From NCBI GenBank assembly GCA_030390025.1, contig CM059425.1:162628001-162692000 (forward strand): a stretch of DNA of 64,000 nt. The letters run 5' to 3'. This DNA is from Squalus acanthias (Eukaryota). Shown piece by piece: positions 38,226-51,364 of the stretch (position 1 is its first letter; the number at the start of each line of letters is the position of its first letter). Under the pieces are notes generated by a model. That model was not told the DNA's origin. It searched no databases and saw only the letters and a program-made list of their open reading frames with translations. The position numbers and the translations under genes are program-made.

Positions 38226-39099
38226 TACTGCTAGTCTGTTGGGTTCATTTCCAGGGGCACTTGACGTCCTTCAGTATCATTATTCATCGGTGAGCCCAGA
38301 TAACAAGTGCTGGGAGGCTGCTCAACAGTGGGGGGCTTCATGGACAGGCCTGATCCTGTTCTTACACATGAACTTCTAGCAGAGGGCATTAGATAGTAAT
38401 CAGGAATGAGAACCCTTGCTGAATTTCCCTTCCTTAACACAAGGTAGATTGTCGCATCTCTATCACCTCCTCAGCTAAGCCCAACTAATTCAGCAAAAAA
38501 AGAAAGATTGAACCAAGGACCTTCCTGGTTACCATTGCTCAACTAATCACTGGATAAACTTGCTGAGAATTTGAGAGCTTTGACCATCTGTTTTTAATGA
38601 TCACACACCAACCAGATGACAGCAGAATCCACACTGAAAGTTTTATTTTGATTCAACTAACATGACAAGAGTCAACTGCCACGACAAGAGTAAAATGAGA
38701 GTGGACAGATCTTATTTCTGATATAGTTAGCTGCAAGTCCGAGTAATAATCCTACAACTTTCTTATCTATTAAAATGAACATATAAAGCATTACATTCAG
38801 TCTCTTTGCAATATGGAATTGTTTTCATGTGTCCCGTGTTCCCATGACACAATGGGAGACTATACAACTATAGTTGCCACATTTGACTACAATGTCCAAG
38901 CCATAAAACATGTGTGAGAGTTATCAGATTTCTTCAATATGACTTATTTCAAAGTTCATAAAATGAGCTACCTCCGAGCCTGGCTATCATGGACATGGAC
39001 AAAGAACAGCAAATACATTGGTCTTGGAAAATATTATGCCAGCTGATTATAATACTTCATAAAACATCAGTGTTACAATATAACCATATATATCCAATA

Positions 39100-39500
39100 C
39101 ATCCTGTGTTATGTTACTGGACTAGTAATCCAGAGGCCTGGACTATTAATCCAGGGAACGTGAGTTCAAATCCCACCATGACAGTTTGAGAATTTGAATT
39201 CACTTAAAAAAAAAATCTGGAAATAAAAAACTGGTATCATGAGATGCTGTCAGATTGTTATAAAGACCCAATTGGTTCACTAATGCCCTTTAGGGAAGGA
39301 AACCTGCTGTCCTTACTTGGTCTGGCCTACATGTGACTCCAAACCCACATCAACATGGTTGACTTTTAACTGCCCTCTGAAGTGGCCTAGCAAGCCACTC
39401 AGTTGTACCAAAAAAATGCTGCTCAGAGCAACTAGGATGGGCAATAAATGCCAGCCTTGCCAGCGACACCCACTTCCTGAGAATGAATAAAGAAAAAAAA
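39100..39500 (+). mobile_element. tRNA-derived SINE
   Basis: B-box-like GAGTTCAAATCCC and an A-rich 3' end (gaatgaataaagaaaaaaa). Confidence 0.65.
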
Positions 39501-40215
39501 CCTGCCATAAATCCTGCAGTCAGTACAGCGCAAGCACCCTAACAGATTGAAAAAAATGTGACAATGATATTTATGTAACCCTCCCCGATACTCCAAACAG
39601 GTGGCAGACGGTGCTTGTTCATGACAATTTATGGCAACTGTCAATAGATTAGAGGTTCTTCAGTCTACCTATTATGGTGTGACAATTATGTAAATTTATT
39701 GTTTGACAGGCTCATTGGTGTTGAAATGGGTAATCACTTCCAGGCATTTTGAGCGAGTACAGAGCTAACTGATTATCTGAAAGTCTTGATGAAAGGTTTA
39801 TGCCCAGAACATTACCTAGTCTTTTTTTTCCAACCCCTGATAGACCTACAGTATATTTCCAGCATTAGCCATTTTTTTAATTTTATCCAATTGATTATCA
39901 ATTAACTGTCAGTGATTGCAATTAAATTCTCACATGCCTGACAAAGTTCATAGTGATCAAGTTAAATAAACCAATATATTAAATTGAGCAATGAACAGCA
40001 TAGAGCAAAAATTCCAATCAGAGAAGTTCCTGTATGAATGCTTATTGTACTTTAAAAGGGTTACTTACTACCTGCATAATCATAGCACATATAGGAATGT
40101 AGTATGAGCACATTAAATGTTCACATGTGAACATTCCCCTTTCCAGCCTTTACTGTTCATTGCTTAGTTTAAAATGTTAATTTAAATACATCACTAGAGA
40201 GCTACTAAATATAAA

Positions 40216-41060
40216 GGGCTGGATTTTGTTAATGGGGACGTGATGAAGGCGGGACTCCCACTTTTTGGGTTGTAGTCCCGCCTCCATCGACTTGTGGCCA
40301 ACCCACTGTATTTTCCCTTGATTGACCTTGTTAAGCCCGCCCAGCGGGCTTAACAGGCCAATCAAGGGTCCCTTGGATACAGGTGACGTCAGCCATTGAA
40401 ATTTCATCTGTCAAGAGCTTTTGACAGATGAAATTTCAGCGTTTGACAGCTCTGTGAAGCTGTCAAACACTGACAATATGATTTCTAACTTGAGTCCCTG
40501 TACTTAGACTGAGTTAGAAATCAATCCAGCACAGAAAGCAGAGGCTGCAGCTTTTGACAGCTCAGCAGCCATTCTGCTTTCTGTGCCGGTGAGCTGAGGG
40601 ACTCCCGAGAACTGAAGGGAGGAAGCCTGGAGGAGAAAGTTAAGGTAAGTAAAACTTATTAAAACACTTTACACACACCAAACATACTTACCTCTGCACT
40701 CATGCACCCATCACTCACCTGCACACCAGACATCTCGACCCCTCCAAGCCCTCCAGACCGACGGTCCGCCTCGCTAACTCGGCGTGGTTCGGACCTGTCG
40801 GGAAGCCCACACTTCAGGGCTAAAAATAGGGATTAGGCAAAAAACTGCCTGTTAACTACCTGTTAACAGGCAGTTTATTGGCACTAATCCCCTTCCCGCC
40901 TCGGGGAGGCGGGTCCCAGCACAGGTCGGGTACCCACCTCCTGGGAAACTGGCATGGAGGCGGGTTGGGGGCGGGGTGGGTTCCTGACCCCCGAATCTGC
41001 TATTTTCCCACCCCACACGCCTCCAAACCCGCCTCCACAGGGCCAGTGAAAATTGAGCCC
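40216..41060. mobile_element. Non-autonomous Harbinger MITE, same family as 27833-28677
   Basis: Termini GGGCTGGATTTT and AAAATTGAGCCC, flanks AAA and GAA, and homology to 27833-28677 along the full length. Confidence 0.85.
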
Positions 41061-41077
41061 GAAGGCTTTTAAAAAAA

Positions 41078-44000
41078 AATCATAGAATGGTACAACACAG
41101 AAGGAGGTGCCTGTGCTGGCTCTTTGGTAGAGCTATCCAACTAGTCCTACTCCCCCACTCTTTCCCCATAGCCCTGCAAATTTTTTCCTTTCAAGTATTT
41201 ATCCAATTCCTTTTTGAAAGCTACTATTGAATCCAGATCACAACAAAATGTGTAAAAAAATGTTTCCTCATGTCGCCTCTGGTTCTTTTGCCAATCATCT
41301 TAAATCTGTGTCCTCTGGTTACTGACCCTTCTGCCATTGGAAACAGTTTCTCCCTATTCACTCTATCAAAACCATTCATGATTTTGAACACCTCTATTAA
41401 ATCTCCTCTTAACCATCTCTGCTCTAAGGAGAACAACCCCAGCTTCTCCAGTCTCTCCACATAACTGAAGTCCCTCATCAATGGTACCATTCCAGTAAAT
41501 CTCTTCTGCACCCTCTCTATGGCCTTGACATCCTTCCTAAAGTGTGGTGCCCAAAATTGAACACAATACTCCAGCTGAAGCCGAACCAGTGTTTTATAAA
41601 GGTTTTGCAGAACTTCCTTGCTTTTGCAATCTATGCTTCTTTTAATAAAGCCAAGGATCCCATATGCTTTTTTAACAGCCTTCTCAACTTGTCCTGCCAC
41701 CTTCAAAGACTTGTGTACATACACCCCCAGGACATAAGAACATAAGAAATAGGAGCTGCAGTTGGCCATTTGGCCCTTCAACCCTGCTCTGCCATTCAAC
41801 AAGATCATGGCTGATCTTCTACCTCAACTCCACCTTCCCGCAACTGAGATGAGGAGGAACTACTTCACTCAGAGGGTGGTAGGTCCATGGAATATGCTGC
41901 CACAAAAAGCTGTAGAAGCTACATCATTAAATAAATTTAAAACAGAAATAGACAGTTTCCTAGAAGTAAAGGGCATTAAGGGTTACGGGGAGCGGGCAGG
42001 AATTTGGACATGAGTCTAGGTTCGGATCGGTCATGGCCCTGTGGGTAGTGGAGCAGGCCCAGGGACCGTGTAGCCTGATTCTGCTCCTATTTCGTGTGTG
42101 CAATTCTGTTAGATGCAGGAGATGGTTCTGTGATAGATAGTAGATTGGCGGTTAGGATCAGATCAGCCATGATCTTATTGAATGGCGGAGCAGGCTCGAG
42201 GGGCCGATTGGCCTACTCCTGCTCCTATTTCTTATGTTCTTATCCCCACATCCCTTAATTCCCTTCGTTCCCAAAAAATTATCGATCTCTGTCTTGAATA
42301 TACTAAATGACTGAGCATCCACAGCTCTCTGGGGTAGAGAATTCCAAATATTCACAACCCTTTGAGTGAAGAAATTTCTCCTCATCTCAGTCCTAAATGG
42401 CCGACCCCTTATTCTAAGACTGTGACCCCGTGTCCTAGATTCCCCAGCCAGGGGAAACATTTTCCCAGCATTAACCCTGTCAAGCCCCTTAAGAATTTTA
42501 TATGTTTCAATTAGACCACTTCTCATTCTTCTAAACTCTAAGGAATATAGGCCTAGTCTACTCAATCTCTCCTCATAGGGCAATCCCCTCATCCCAGGAA
42601 CCAGTCTAGTGAACCTTCGCTGCACTCCCTCTAAGGCAAGTATGTCTTTCCTTAGGTAAGGAGACCAGAACTGTACACAGTACTCCAGGTGTGGCCTCGC
42701 CAATGCTCTGTATAACTGTAGTAAGACTTCCTTACTCTTATACTCTAATCCCTTTGTAACAAAAGCGAACATACCATTTGCTTTCCTAATTGCTTGCTGT
42801 ACCTGCATGTTAACTTTGTGATTCATGTACAAGGACACCCAGGTCCCTCTGAGTGCAAACATTTCCCTGTCTCGCACCATTCAAAAAATATTCTGCTTTT
42901 TTGTTTTTCCTACCAAAGTGGATAACTTCACACTTCCCCACATTATATTCCATTTGCCATGTTCTTGCCCACTCAGTCAACCTGTCTATATCTCTCTGCA
43001 GTCTCTTTGCATCTCCTCACAGCTTACTTTCCCACCTAACTTTGTATCATCAACAAACTTGGATATGTTACACTCAGTCCCTTCATCTAAGTCATTAATA
43101 TAGATTGTAAATAGCCCCAAGCACTGATCATTGCGGTACCCCGCTAGTTACAGCCTGCCAACCTGAAAAAGTTCCGTTTATTCCTACTCTCTGTTTTCTG
43201 TCCATTAACCAATCTGTTCCTGCACCCCCTTTAAAATTGTATAATTTAGTTTATAATGCCTCTCCTCATTCTTCCTACCAAGATGTATCATTTCACACTT
43301 AAATTTCATCTGCCATGTGTCTGCCCATTTCACCAGTCTATGTCTTCTTGAAGTCTGTTACTATCCTCTTCATTGTTTACAACATTTCTGAGTTTCGGGT
43401 CATCTGCAAACTTTGAAATTATGCCCTGTATACTCAAGTCCAGGTCATTAATATATATCAAAAAGTGTTCCCAACACCGACCCCTGGGGAACACCACTGT
43501 ATACTTGCCTCCAACCTGAAAAACAACCGTTCACCACTACACTCTGCTTTCTGTCCCTTAGCCAATTTTCTATCCATGCTGCCACTGTCCCTTTAATCGC
43601 ACTGACGTTAATTTTGCTAACAAGTCTATTATGTGCTATTTTGTCAAACGTCTTTTGAAAGTCCATATACACAACACCCTCATCAATCCTCTCCATTACT
43701 TCATCAAAGAACTTGATCAAGTTAGTCAAACACAATTTGCCTTTAACAATTCCGTGCTGACTTTCATTTATTAGCCCATACTTTTCCAAATACCAGTTAA
43801 TTTTGTCCCGGATTATTGTCTCTGAAAGTTTCCCCACCACCGACATTAAGCTGACTGGCCTGTACTTGTTGGGTTTATCCCTCTCCCCTTTTTTTTTAAA
43901 CAAGGGTGGAACATTAGTAGTAGGGAAAATGCTAGAGTCTATTATAAAGGATGTGATAACAGGACACTTAGAAAATATCAACGGGATTAGACAAAGTTAA

Positions 44001-46820
44001 CATGGATTTATGAAAGGGAAATCGTGTTTGACAAACCTACTGGAATTTTTTGAGGATGTAACTGGTAGAATAGATAATGGAGAACCAGTGGTTGTGGTGT
44101 ATTTGGATTTTCAGAAGGCCTTTGATAAAAGTCCCACATAAGAGGTTAGTGAGCAAAATTAAAGCACATGGGATTGGGGGTAATATACTGGCATGGATTG
44201 AAAATTGGTTAACAGACAGGAAACAGAGAGTAGGAATAAATGGGTCTTTTTCAGAGTGGCAGGCGGTGACTAGTGGGGTACCGCAGGGATCAGTGTTTGG
44301 GTCCCAGCTATTCACAATATATATCAATGATTTGGATGAGGGAACCAAATGTAATATTTCCAAGTTTGCTGATGACACGAAACTAGGTGGGATTGTGAGT
44401 TGTGAGGAGGATGCAAAGAGGCTTCAAGGCGATTTAGACAAGTTGAGTGAGTGGGCAAATACATGGCAGATGCAGTATAACGTGGATAAATGTGAAGTTA
44501 TCCACTTCGGTAGGAAAAACAGAAAGGTAGAGTATTATTTAAATGGTGATAGATTGAGAAATGCTGATGTACAAAGGGACCTGGGTGTCCTTGTATACCA
44601 GTCACTGAAAGCAAACATGCAGGTGCAGCAAGCAGTTAGGAAGGCAAATGGTATGTTGGCCTTCATTGCAAGAGGATTTGAGTACAGGAGCAAGGATGTC
44701 TTACTACAGTTGTACAGGGCCTTGGTGAGACCACACCTGGAGTACTGTGTGCAGTTTTGATCTCCTTACCTAAGAAAGGATTTACTTGCCATAGAGGGAG
44801 TGCAGCAGACTGATTCCTGAGATGGCAGGACTGTCGTATGAGGAGAGATTGGGTTAACTAGGCCTGTATTCACTAGAGTTTCGAAGAATGAGAGGGAATC
44901 TCATTGAAACATATAAAATTCTGACAGGGCTAGACAGACTGGATGCAGGGAGGATATTTCCCCTGGCTGGGGGGTCTAGAATGAGGGGTCACAGTCTCAG
45001 GATACAGGGTAGGAGATTCAGGACTGAGATGAGGAGAAATTTCTTCACTCAGAGGGTGGTGAACCTGTGGAATTCTCTACCACAGAAGGCTGTGGAGGCC
45101 AAGTCACTGAATATATTTAAGAAGGAGATAGATAGATTTCTAGACACAAAAGGCATCAAGGGGTATGGGGAGAGAGCGGGAATATGGTATTGAGATAGAG
45201 GATCAACCATGATCATACTGAATGGCAGAGCAGGCTCGAAGTGTCGAATGGCCTACTCCTGCTCCTATGTTTCTATGTTTCTAATTTGTATAATCGCTTC
45301 TCGTAATTTAACTCTTGGAGTCCAGGTATCATTCTGGTAAACCGATGCTGCACTCCCTCCAAGGCCAATATATCCTTCCTAAGGTGTGGTGCCCAGAACT
45401 GCTCACAGTACTCCAGGTGTGGTCTGACCAGGGTTTTGTATAGCTGCAGCATAACTTCTACCCTCTTCTAGTCCTCTAGATATAAAAGCCAGCATCCCTT
45501 AGCATTTTTGATCATTTTCAGTATCTGTTTATGATATTTTAATGATCTATGTACCTGGACCCCCAAGTCTATTTGTGCCTCCACTGTTTTTAGCGTTTCA
45601 CCATTTAGAAAGTACCCTGTTCTATCCTTTTTATGTCCAAAGTGAATGACCTCACATTTGCTTACATTGAAATCCATTTGCCAGTTTTGCCCATTCACTT
45701 AATCTATCAATATCTCTTTGTAATTTTATGCTTTCATCTACACTGCCTACAATGCCGCCTATCTTTGTGTCATCGACAAATTTGGATATATGACTTTCTA
45801 TGCCATCATCTAAGTTGTTAATAAATATTGTGAATAGTTGCGGCCCCAAAACAGATCCCTGTGTGACACCACTAGTCACATCCTGCCAATTAGAATACCT
45901 GCCCATTATCCCTCCTCTCTGTCTCCTGCCACTCAGCCAATTTCCTAACCAAGTCAATAATTTGCCCTCAATTCCATGGGATTCAACCTTAGTTAACAGT
46001 CTCTTATGTGGGACTTTATCAAATGCCTTCTGGAAGTCCATATAAATAACATCCATAGACATTCCCCTGTCCACTACTTTAATCACCTCCTCAAAAAATT
46101 CAATCAGGTTTGTCAGGCATGACCTGCCTTTCACAAATCCATGCTGGCTCTCTCTGATCAGCTAAAAGATTTTCAAGGTATTCAGTCACCCTATCCTTAA
46201 TTATATACTCTAGTACTTTCCCAACAACAGATGTTAGGCTAACTGGTCTATAATTCCCTGTTTTCATCATTCTTAAATAGCGGAGTGACATGCGCAATTT
46301 TCCAATCTAAAGGGTTCCTGAATCGAGAGAACGTTGGAAGATTATAGTTAGGACATCTGCAAGGTTCTCACCTACTTCCTTTAAACCCTGGGATGGAAAC
46401 CACCTGGCCCTGGGGATTTGTCACTCTTTAGTGCCATTATTTTCTTCATTACTGTTATTTTACTTACATTAATTTTATTGAGTCCTTGTCCCCGATTCAA
46501 TACTAGTTTCCTTGGGATTTCCAGCATGCTATCCTCTTCCTCTACTGTAAATACTGACGCAAAGTAATTATTCAACATGTCCGCCATTTCCTTATTACCA
46601 TTGACAATATCACCAATATCAGTTTTCAAGGGGCCCACATTGCTCCTGACCACCCCTTTTTCCTAATATAATTGTAAAAATTCTTTGTGTTGAATTTGTT
46701 TTCCCTTGCAAGTTTCTTTTCATACTCCCTTTTTGTAGATCTTAATATCTGTTTTGTCACCCTTTGCTGTTCTTTGTATCTTTCCCATTCACTAGGATCT
46801 ATGCTATTTTTTACATTTTT
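41078..46820. mobile_element. Nested cluster of CR1 LINEs from several subfamilies
   Basis: A(-) 41078-41730 plus about 43214-43915; B(-) 41731-41842 plus about 42240-43213; small + fragments at 41843-42240; a young + copy at 43916-45283; another - copy at 45284-46820. RT motifs occur throughout. Confidence 0.92.
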
Positions 46821-49479
46821 GTATGGGGGGGGGAAGAGCATTCATTGGCCGGGGGTAAGGTAGCATTGGCCATGTGGGAGTGATCGGGCCTCGGGTTAAA
46901 TAGTGGTGGCCAGGATCGATAGCCGGGAGGGAACGATGGGTTACCAGGTTCGGGGGGGGCGGGGAGGGGGGGGGGGGGGGTGGCGGGGGAGTGGTAATCG
47001 TCCTGCCACTCCCGGCTCCACATTCAGATAAGTATGGGGGCCTTCCTGCCATATTGTGTTGTGCGAGTGAAGCGCTGGGGTGTTCAAAAATCAAAAACAG
47101 GTCTTGCATGAAACACAGGACCCTAATTTAAATAAATAATTCTGCACTTAATATGTTGTCGCCATGCGCTCCTGCCACCAGCGTATCTACCTTGTCCAAT
47201 ATGGCGGGCGGTACACTTCTGACCGGAAATATGCGGCTTCCTGCCAGTCATTATTCGAACATATGCGGCCATTTAGTGCCCGTGCATGGCCAAATTTTTA
47301 GGCCTTAGTGATCTAAGGCTGTGTTTACTTATGGTAAATAGACCTTTTGACCTTCTGAGCACAGCTACCCTGGTTTCTAAGATCAAAACAGGCTTTTTGC
47401 CATAAAGTAAACATTAGAAATGTCTGTTAATAAGAACAAAATGGCAGCTAAAGTATTTGAATTAATAAAAAATAATTTGTTTTTTTAATGCTTTTTTATT
47501 GCTAGATTTTCATCACTATCATAATTACAAAGTTCTGATGTGTTGCTGTTTAATATTTATGAAATTTAATCTATCAGCTGAAAGAAATTTCCATGCAAGA
47601 AAGTGTGATGTCACAGTGTGACACAAGTGTGACAATGTTTTGGACATACCAGTTTTAGTATATTATCAACAGATCTCTCTAAGCGTTCTTCATTGTAAAT
47701 CAGTGCAGCAAAATAATAAAAGACAAGCTGGAACATAAATAGTGGGACCATTTTCATGTAAACACGCCCGAAGATGAAGGCCCGAAGCTCTCTGTAAATT
47801 GGGCCTCAGGCCTCAGCTACATAATACCGGCGAGCTGCAGATGCCAATTGGATCCTGTAGGCAAGTTCTGGGAGGAGGAGAGGTGTACAGGAGTGGTGCA
47901 AGTGTGGGCTGGCAGCGGTTCACAATATTGCTGTGGAGCCGGGAGGACCACTTCTGCTCCTTCTCACTCCACATTAAGGTAAGTAAAAAAACCAAAAACT
48001 TACCTCTTCTTCGACAACCTCCAGTGGTTCTTTAGGGACCGCTGCTAAGGCTGCTGTTGACTAGAACAACTGAGATGAGCATACGTGGTGCATGCACCAC
48101 TTAGTTTTTGGCGAATTTGGCATCAGACATTAGCAATTATCATATTCAAGAAGCCTAGTGCCTGTTTTAGGTGAATGCCCCGGGCACTTTGAAGTTGCTG
48201 GCTGTCAACTTGGGGAATCAGTCCAGAATTCGGGTGGAATGGGGACCAATTTATCCCCCATAGCAATTAAATTTTGTAAGCTTAATGGGGCAGCTTAAAT
48301 ACAGCTTACCTTAGCAGCAGAATAATATTATTTAAGGTAAAAAGAACAAACTTGCATTTATATAGCACATTTCATGACAGCAGGATGTTCCAAAATAACA
48401 CAGTCAATGAAGTACTTTTGAAGTGTTTGAAATTTTGAGAAACACCAAAGCCAATGTACGCATAGCACGGTCCCACAATCGGCAATGCGACAAACGACCA
48501 GATAATCTGTTTTAGTGATGTTGGTTGAGGGATAAATGTTGCCCAGACCACTGGGAGAACTCCCCTACTCTTCTTTGAATTGTAACTTGGGATCGTTTAC
48601 ATCCACATGCGAAGGTAGATGGGGGCCTCGATTTAATGTCTCATCTAAAAGACAGCCACTCTGACAATACAACACTCTTATCAGTACTGCACTGAAGTGT
48701 CAGCCTAGATTATGCACTCAAGTTTCTGGAGGGGGGCCTGGAACCCACAACCATCTGACTCAGCGGCAAGAATGCTACCACTGAGCCAATGCTGACACCT
48801 GTATTACATGGTCTAACGCTCCTGTCATTATAAAACAGCGTATTGTCAGAGTTATCTTAAGTAATATCTCAGGAGATTTGTCAGTACAAAACTTCATACC
48901 TGGCACACGTCCATCACATGCCAAATGTTACAGACCAGACATCAAACACAAAACATCACACTTTGTTACAGATGCAAGACAATCTTAAAAAATAAAAGCC
49001 AGTCATTGACCTGGGGTTTGGGATTTACAAGCAATCAGAATTGACCTCAGCAGTTTATAAGTAGCTCCAATTCCTGGTTTTGCCTATTTAGAGCAGTGGC
49101 ATGAAAGGCACACACGAGGTTAATAACTAAATAGCACAACTGTGCTCCAGACCCGAGGCAACCCATGAGCAACACCACAGGAGGTCTGCTAGCTCGCTTT
49201 TCTTTTAAAAACCATAACATTTACAATTATTTGTAGTGTATTATACTTTTCTGGTTCACCAGTGGAGCTACAATGATACAATTTGAAATATCTCCACTAA
49301 CCAGTACTGTACATGACACTAAGTTGCAAAACACATGGAGACCAGCATTCAGTCAAAAGGGAACTGGTGTTTTATCATCTGTTAGCACTGCAACTCGTAG
49401 AAGCCTCTTTTGTCTAAAAATGGTAAAAAATGAGAAGTCGCACAGCACCAGGTTATAGTCCAACAGTTTTATTTAAAAT

Positions 49480-49514
49480 TACGAGCTTTCGGAGCGCTGC
49501 TCCTTCTTCAGGTA
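49480..49514 (-). ncRNA. Minimal type-I hammerhead motif, mirror copy (sense to the MCTP pre-mRNA)
   Basis: Exact reverse complement of 49566-49600. Confidence 0.68.
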
Positions 49515-49565
49515 CAAGTACAGTGAGGGAATACAAATCGGCAGTATATTCCCTCACTGTACTTG

Positions 49566-49600
49566 TACCTGAAGAAGGAGCAGCGCTCCGAAAGCTCGTA
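49566..49600 (+). ncRNA. Minimal type-I hammerhead ribozyme motif
   Basis: UAC-CUGAAGA-A-GGAGC(AGC)GCUCC-GAAA-GC-UC|GUA, with palindromic AGCU helix III and a 3-bp stem I. Confidence 0.68.
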
Positions 49601-51364
49601 ATTTTAAATAAAACTGTTGGACTATAACCTGGTGTTGTGCGACTTCTCATTTTTGTCCACCCCAGTCCAACACCGGCATCTCTGCATCATAAAAATGGTA
49701 AAGCCTGCTACCTACTGGACAATCTAGATAACTGAAGGTGGAAATTACCTTGCAAACAAAACTCTTAAAGGTGAAGAATGACCAGAGTTCCTCCACGGAT
49801 GTAAATTTTAATTTTCAGTTCTAGTTTCTTAATAGTCTTTATCGCAGTCTGAATCCAATTCTTGATGGGCCCACATAGAATTGCCAATCCCACTCAGAGA
49901 AGCCAGTGGATTGCAGGTGTGGGTAATTGAAAATGCCATGCCTCTGCCGTAGGGAGTGTTCTTCTTTCCTAGCTTAGAAATTCGATGCGTCCCCAGGCAG
50001 CTCAGCAGTGAAGAGAAATTGAAGATCGGGCCCTGCAATGGCAGCAGGTACCCTCAGGTAAGCAGTTAGGGGGACCAGAAAGGAGGGGGCGACCGGGTCG
50101 GGAGGGAGGCTGATTGGAGCGGAAAGGGAGGCAACTGGGTCGGGAGTGCAGCAGTGGCCTGGAGGGGATGGGTAGTGGGCAGAAGCCGGGATCAGGGTGG
50201 GTTTGCAGCGGAAACCAGGGTGGCAGGGGTGCAAATCGAGGACACTCCTGCTCCTCTGGCTCCACATTCACGTGAGTATATTTTAAAAACTTACCTTGTT
50301 GGTAGAGGCCTGCTGCAGTCTCTTTAAGGACCGCCTGTTAAGCCACATGTGGACCTGGTTGTCCTGAAAGCAGGTGGCCTGGCGCCGGCTGCGTTAAGGG
50401 CAATCCAATATTGCAGAGGGTGCCTTAAACAGTCGTTAGGCCCCTTATTTGAATATGCAAAGGGCCTAACACCTGTTTTAGGTGTGGGGCCCTGGACGTC
50501 TTTTTTTTATACAATATGGCAGGTGGTGCACCTCTGGCTTGTTATTTGTGTGCATTTCCTGCCCGCCATATTGGAGGCTTAGGAGGTTGTAGAGCGCCTG
50601 TAAAACACTCATGATTCCAGGGTTTTTATCTGCACGACTATCTGGAAGTTTATTCCACATTTTGATCACAATTGTTCACATTCTAAAAGGACTACTTTAT
50701 ATAGAGCAATCACAAGTCTCTATTAACCTCAGTCAGGCTGCAAACTAAATTTTGTGATTCATACATCAACTTATGTCAGCTGAAGGCCACCATTAAATTC
50801 GAACGGTGGATTGAAGTTTGACTGTAAAGCTCAAGCCACTTTCACACTTGGGCTTCTGGGCACTGCAACGTTTTGAAGAAATGGTAGAGTTTGCCACCTA
50901 CTGGGCAAAATTATGAAATCACCTGTTTGACTTTTCAGAACTCTGCATAAAATGTACATGTTGCAAGGCTCCGCTCCTAGCACAGAATTTCGCTTGACAG
51001 GAGGGCAGATTGGAAAATCACACAGAGGTGAATGCACCTAATTTGCGGTGCTCCTAACTTACATAAGAACATAACTTTCTGGTGATTCTCTGATCTGTGC
51101 TCCTGTCGAGCAAGGCCCCTCGCGATGAGTTGAGCTTCACAAATCTGCATATAAAGTGGTCTTACCTAAATCATGTAGGACAGTACATCTGGAGTTTAGA
51201 AGGAACACGAGAGGAAAGTTCAGAGGAGAGCAGATCATAATGGTATTGATAAGATACAGAGAGACAAGAAAAGGTGAGATGAAAAGAGAGAAGCTGAAAG
51301 CAACAGAGGGATTGTTTATTGGACAAAGGGTTAGAATTTCATTGTAACTTTCCACAATATCAAA

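Larger units (their letters stand above)
49428..49690. mobile_element. Foldback Penelope-pLTR-like element (family B)
   Basis: Near-perfect inverted arms of about 105 bp, a loop of about 13 nt, a right-hand tail of about 38 bp, and a TSD (T)AAAAATGGTAAA at 49415-27 and 49690-702. Confidence 0.85.

Noticed and set aside
39780..39870. Another hammerhead copy
   Set aside because: It resembles family A, but the core and stem II are too decayed to call a ribozyme.
49430..49650. Two nearly identical 65-aa ORFs on opposite strands, or a pre-miRNA
   Set aside because: Both follow from the DNA palindrome. The TSD and tail point to a mobile element.
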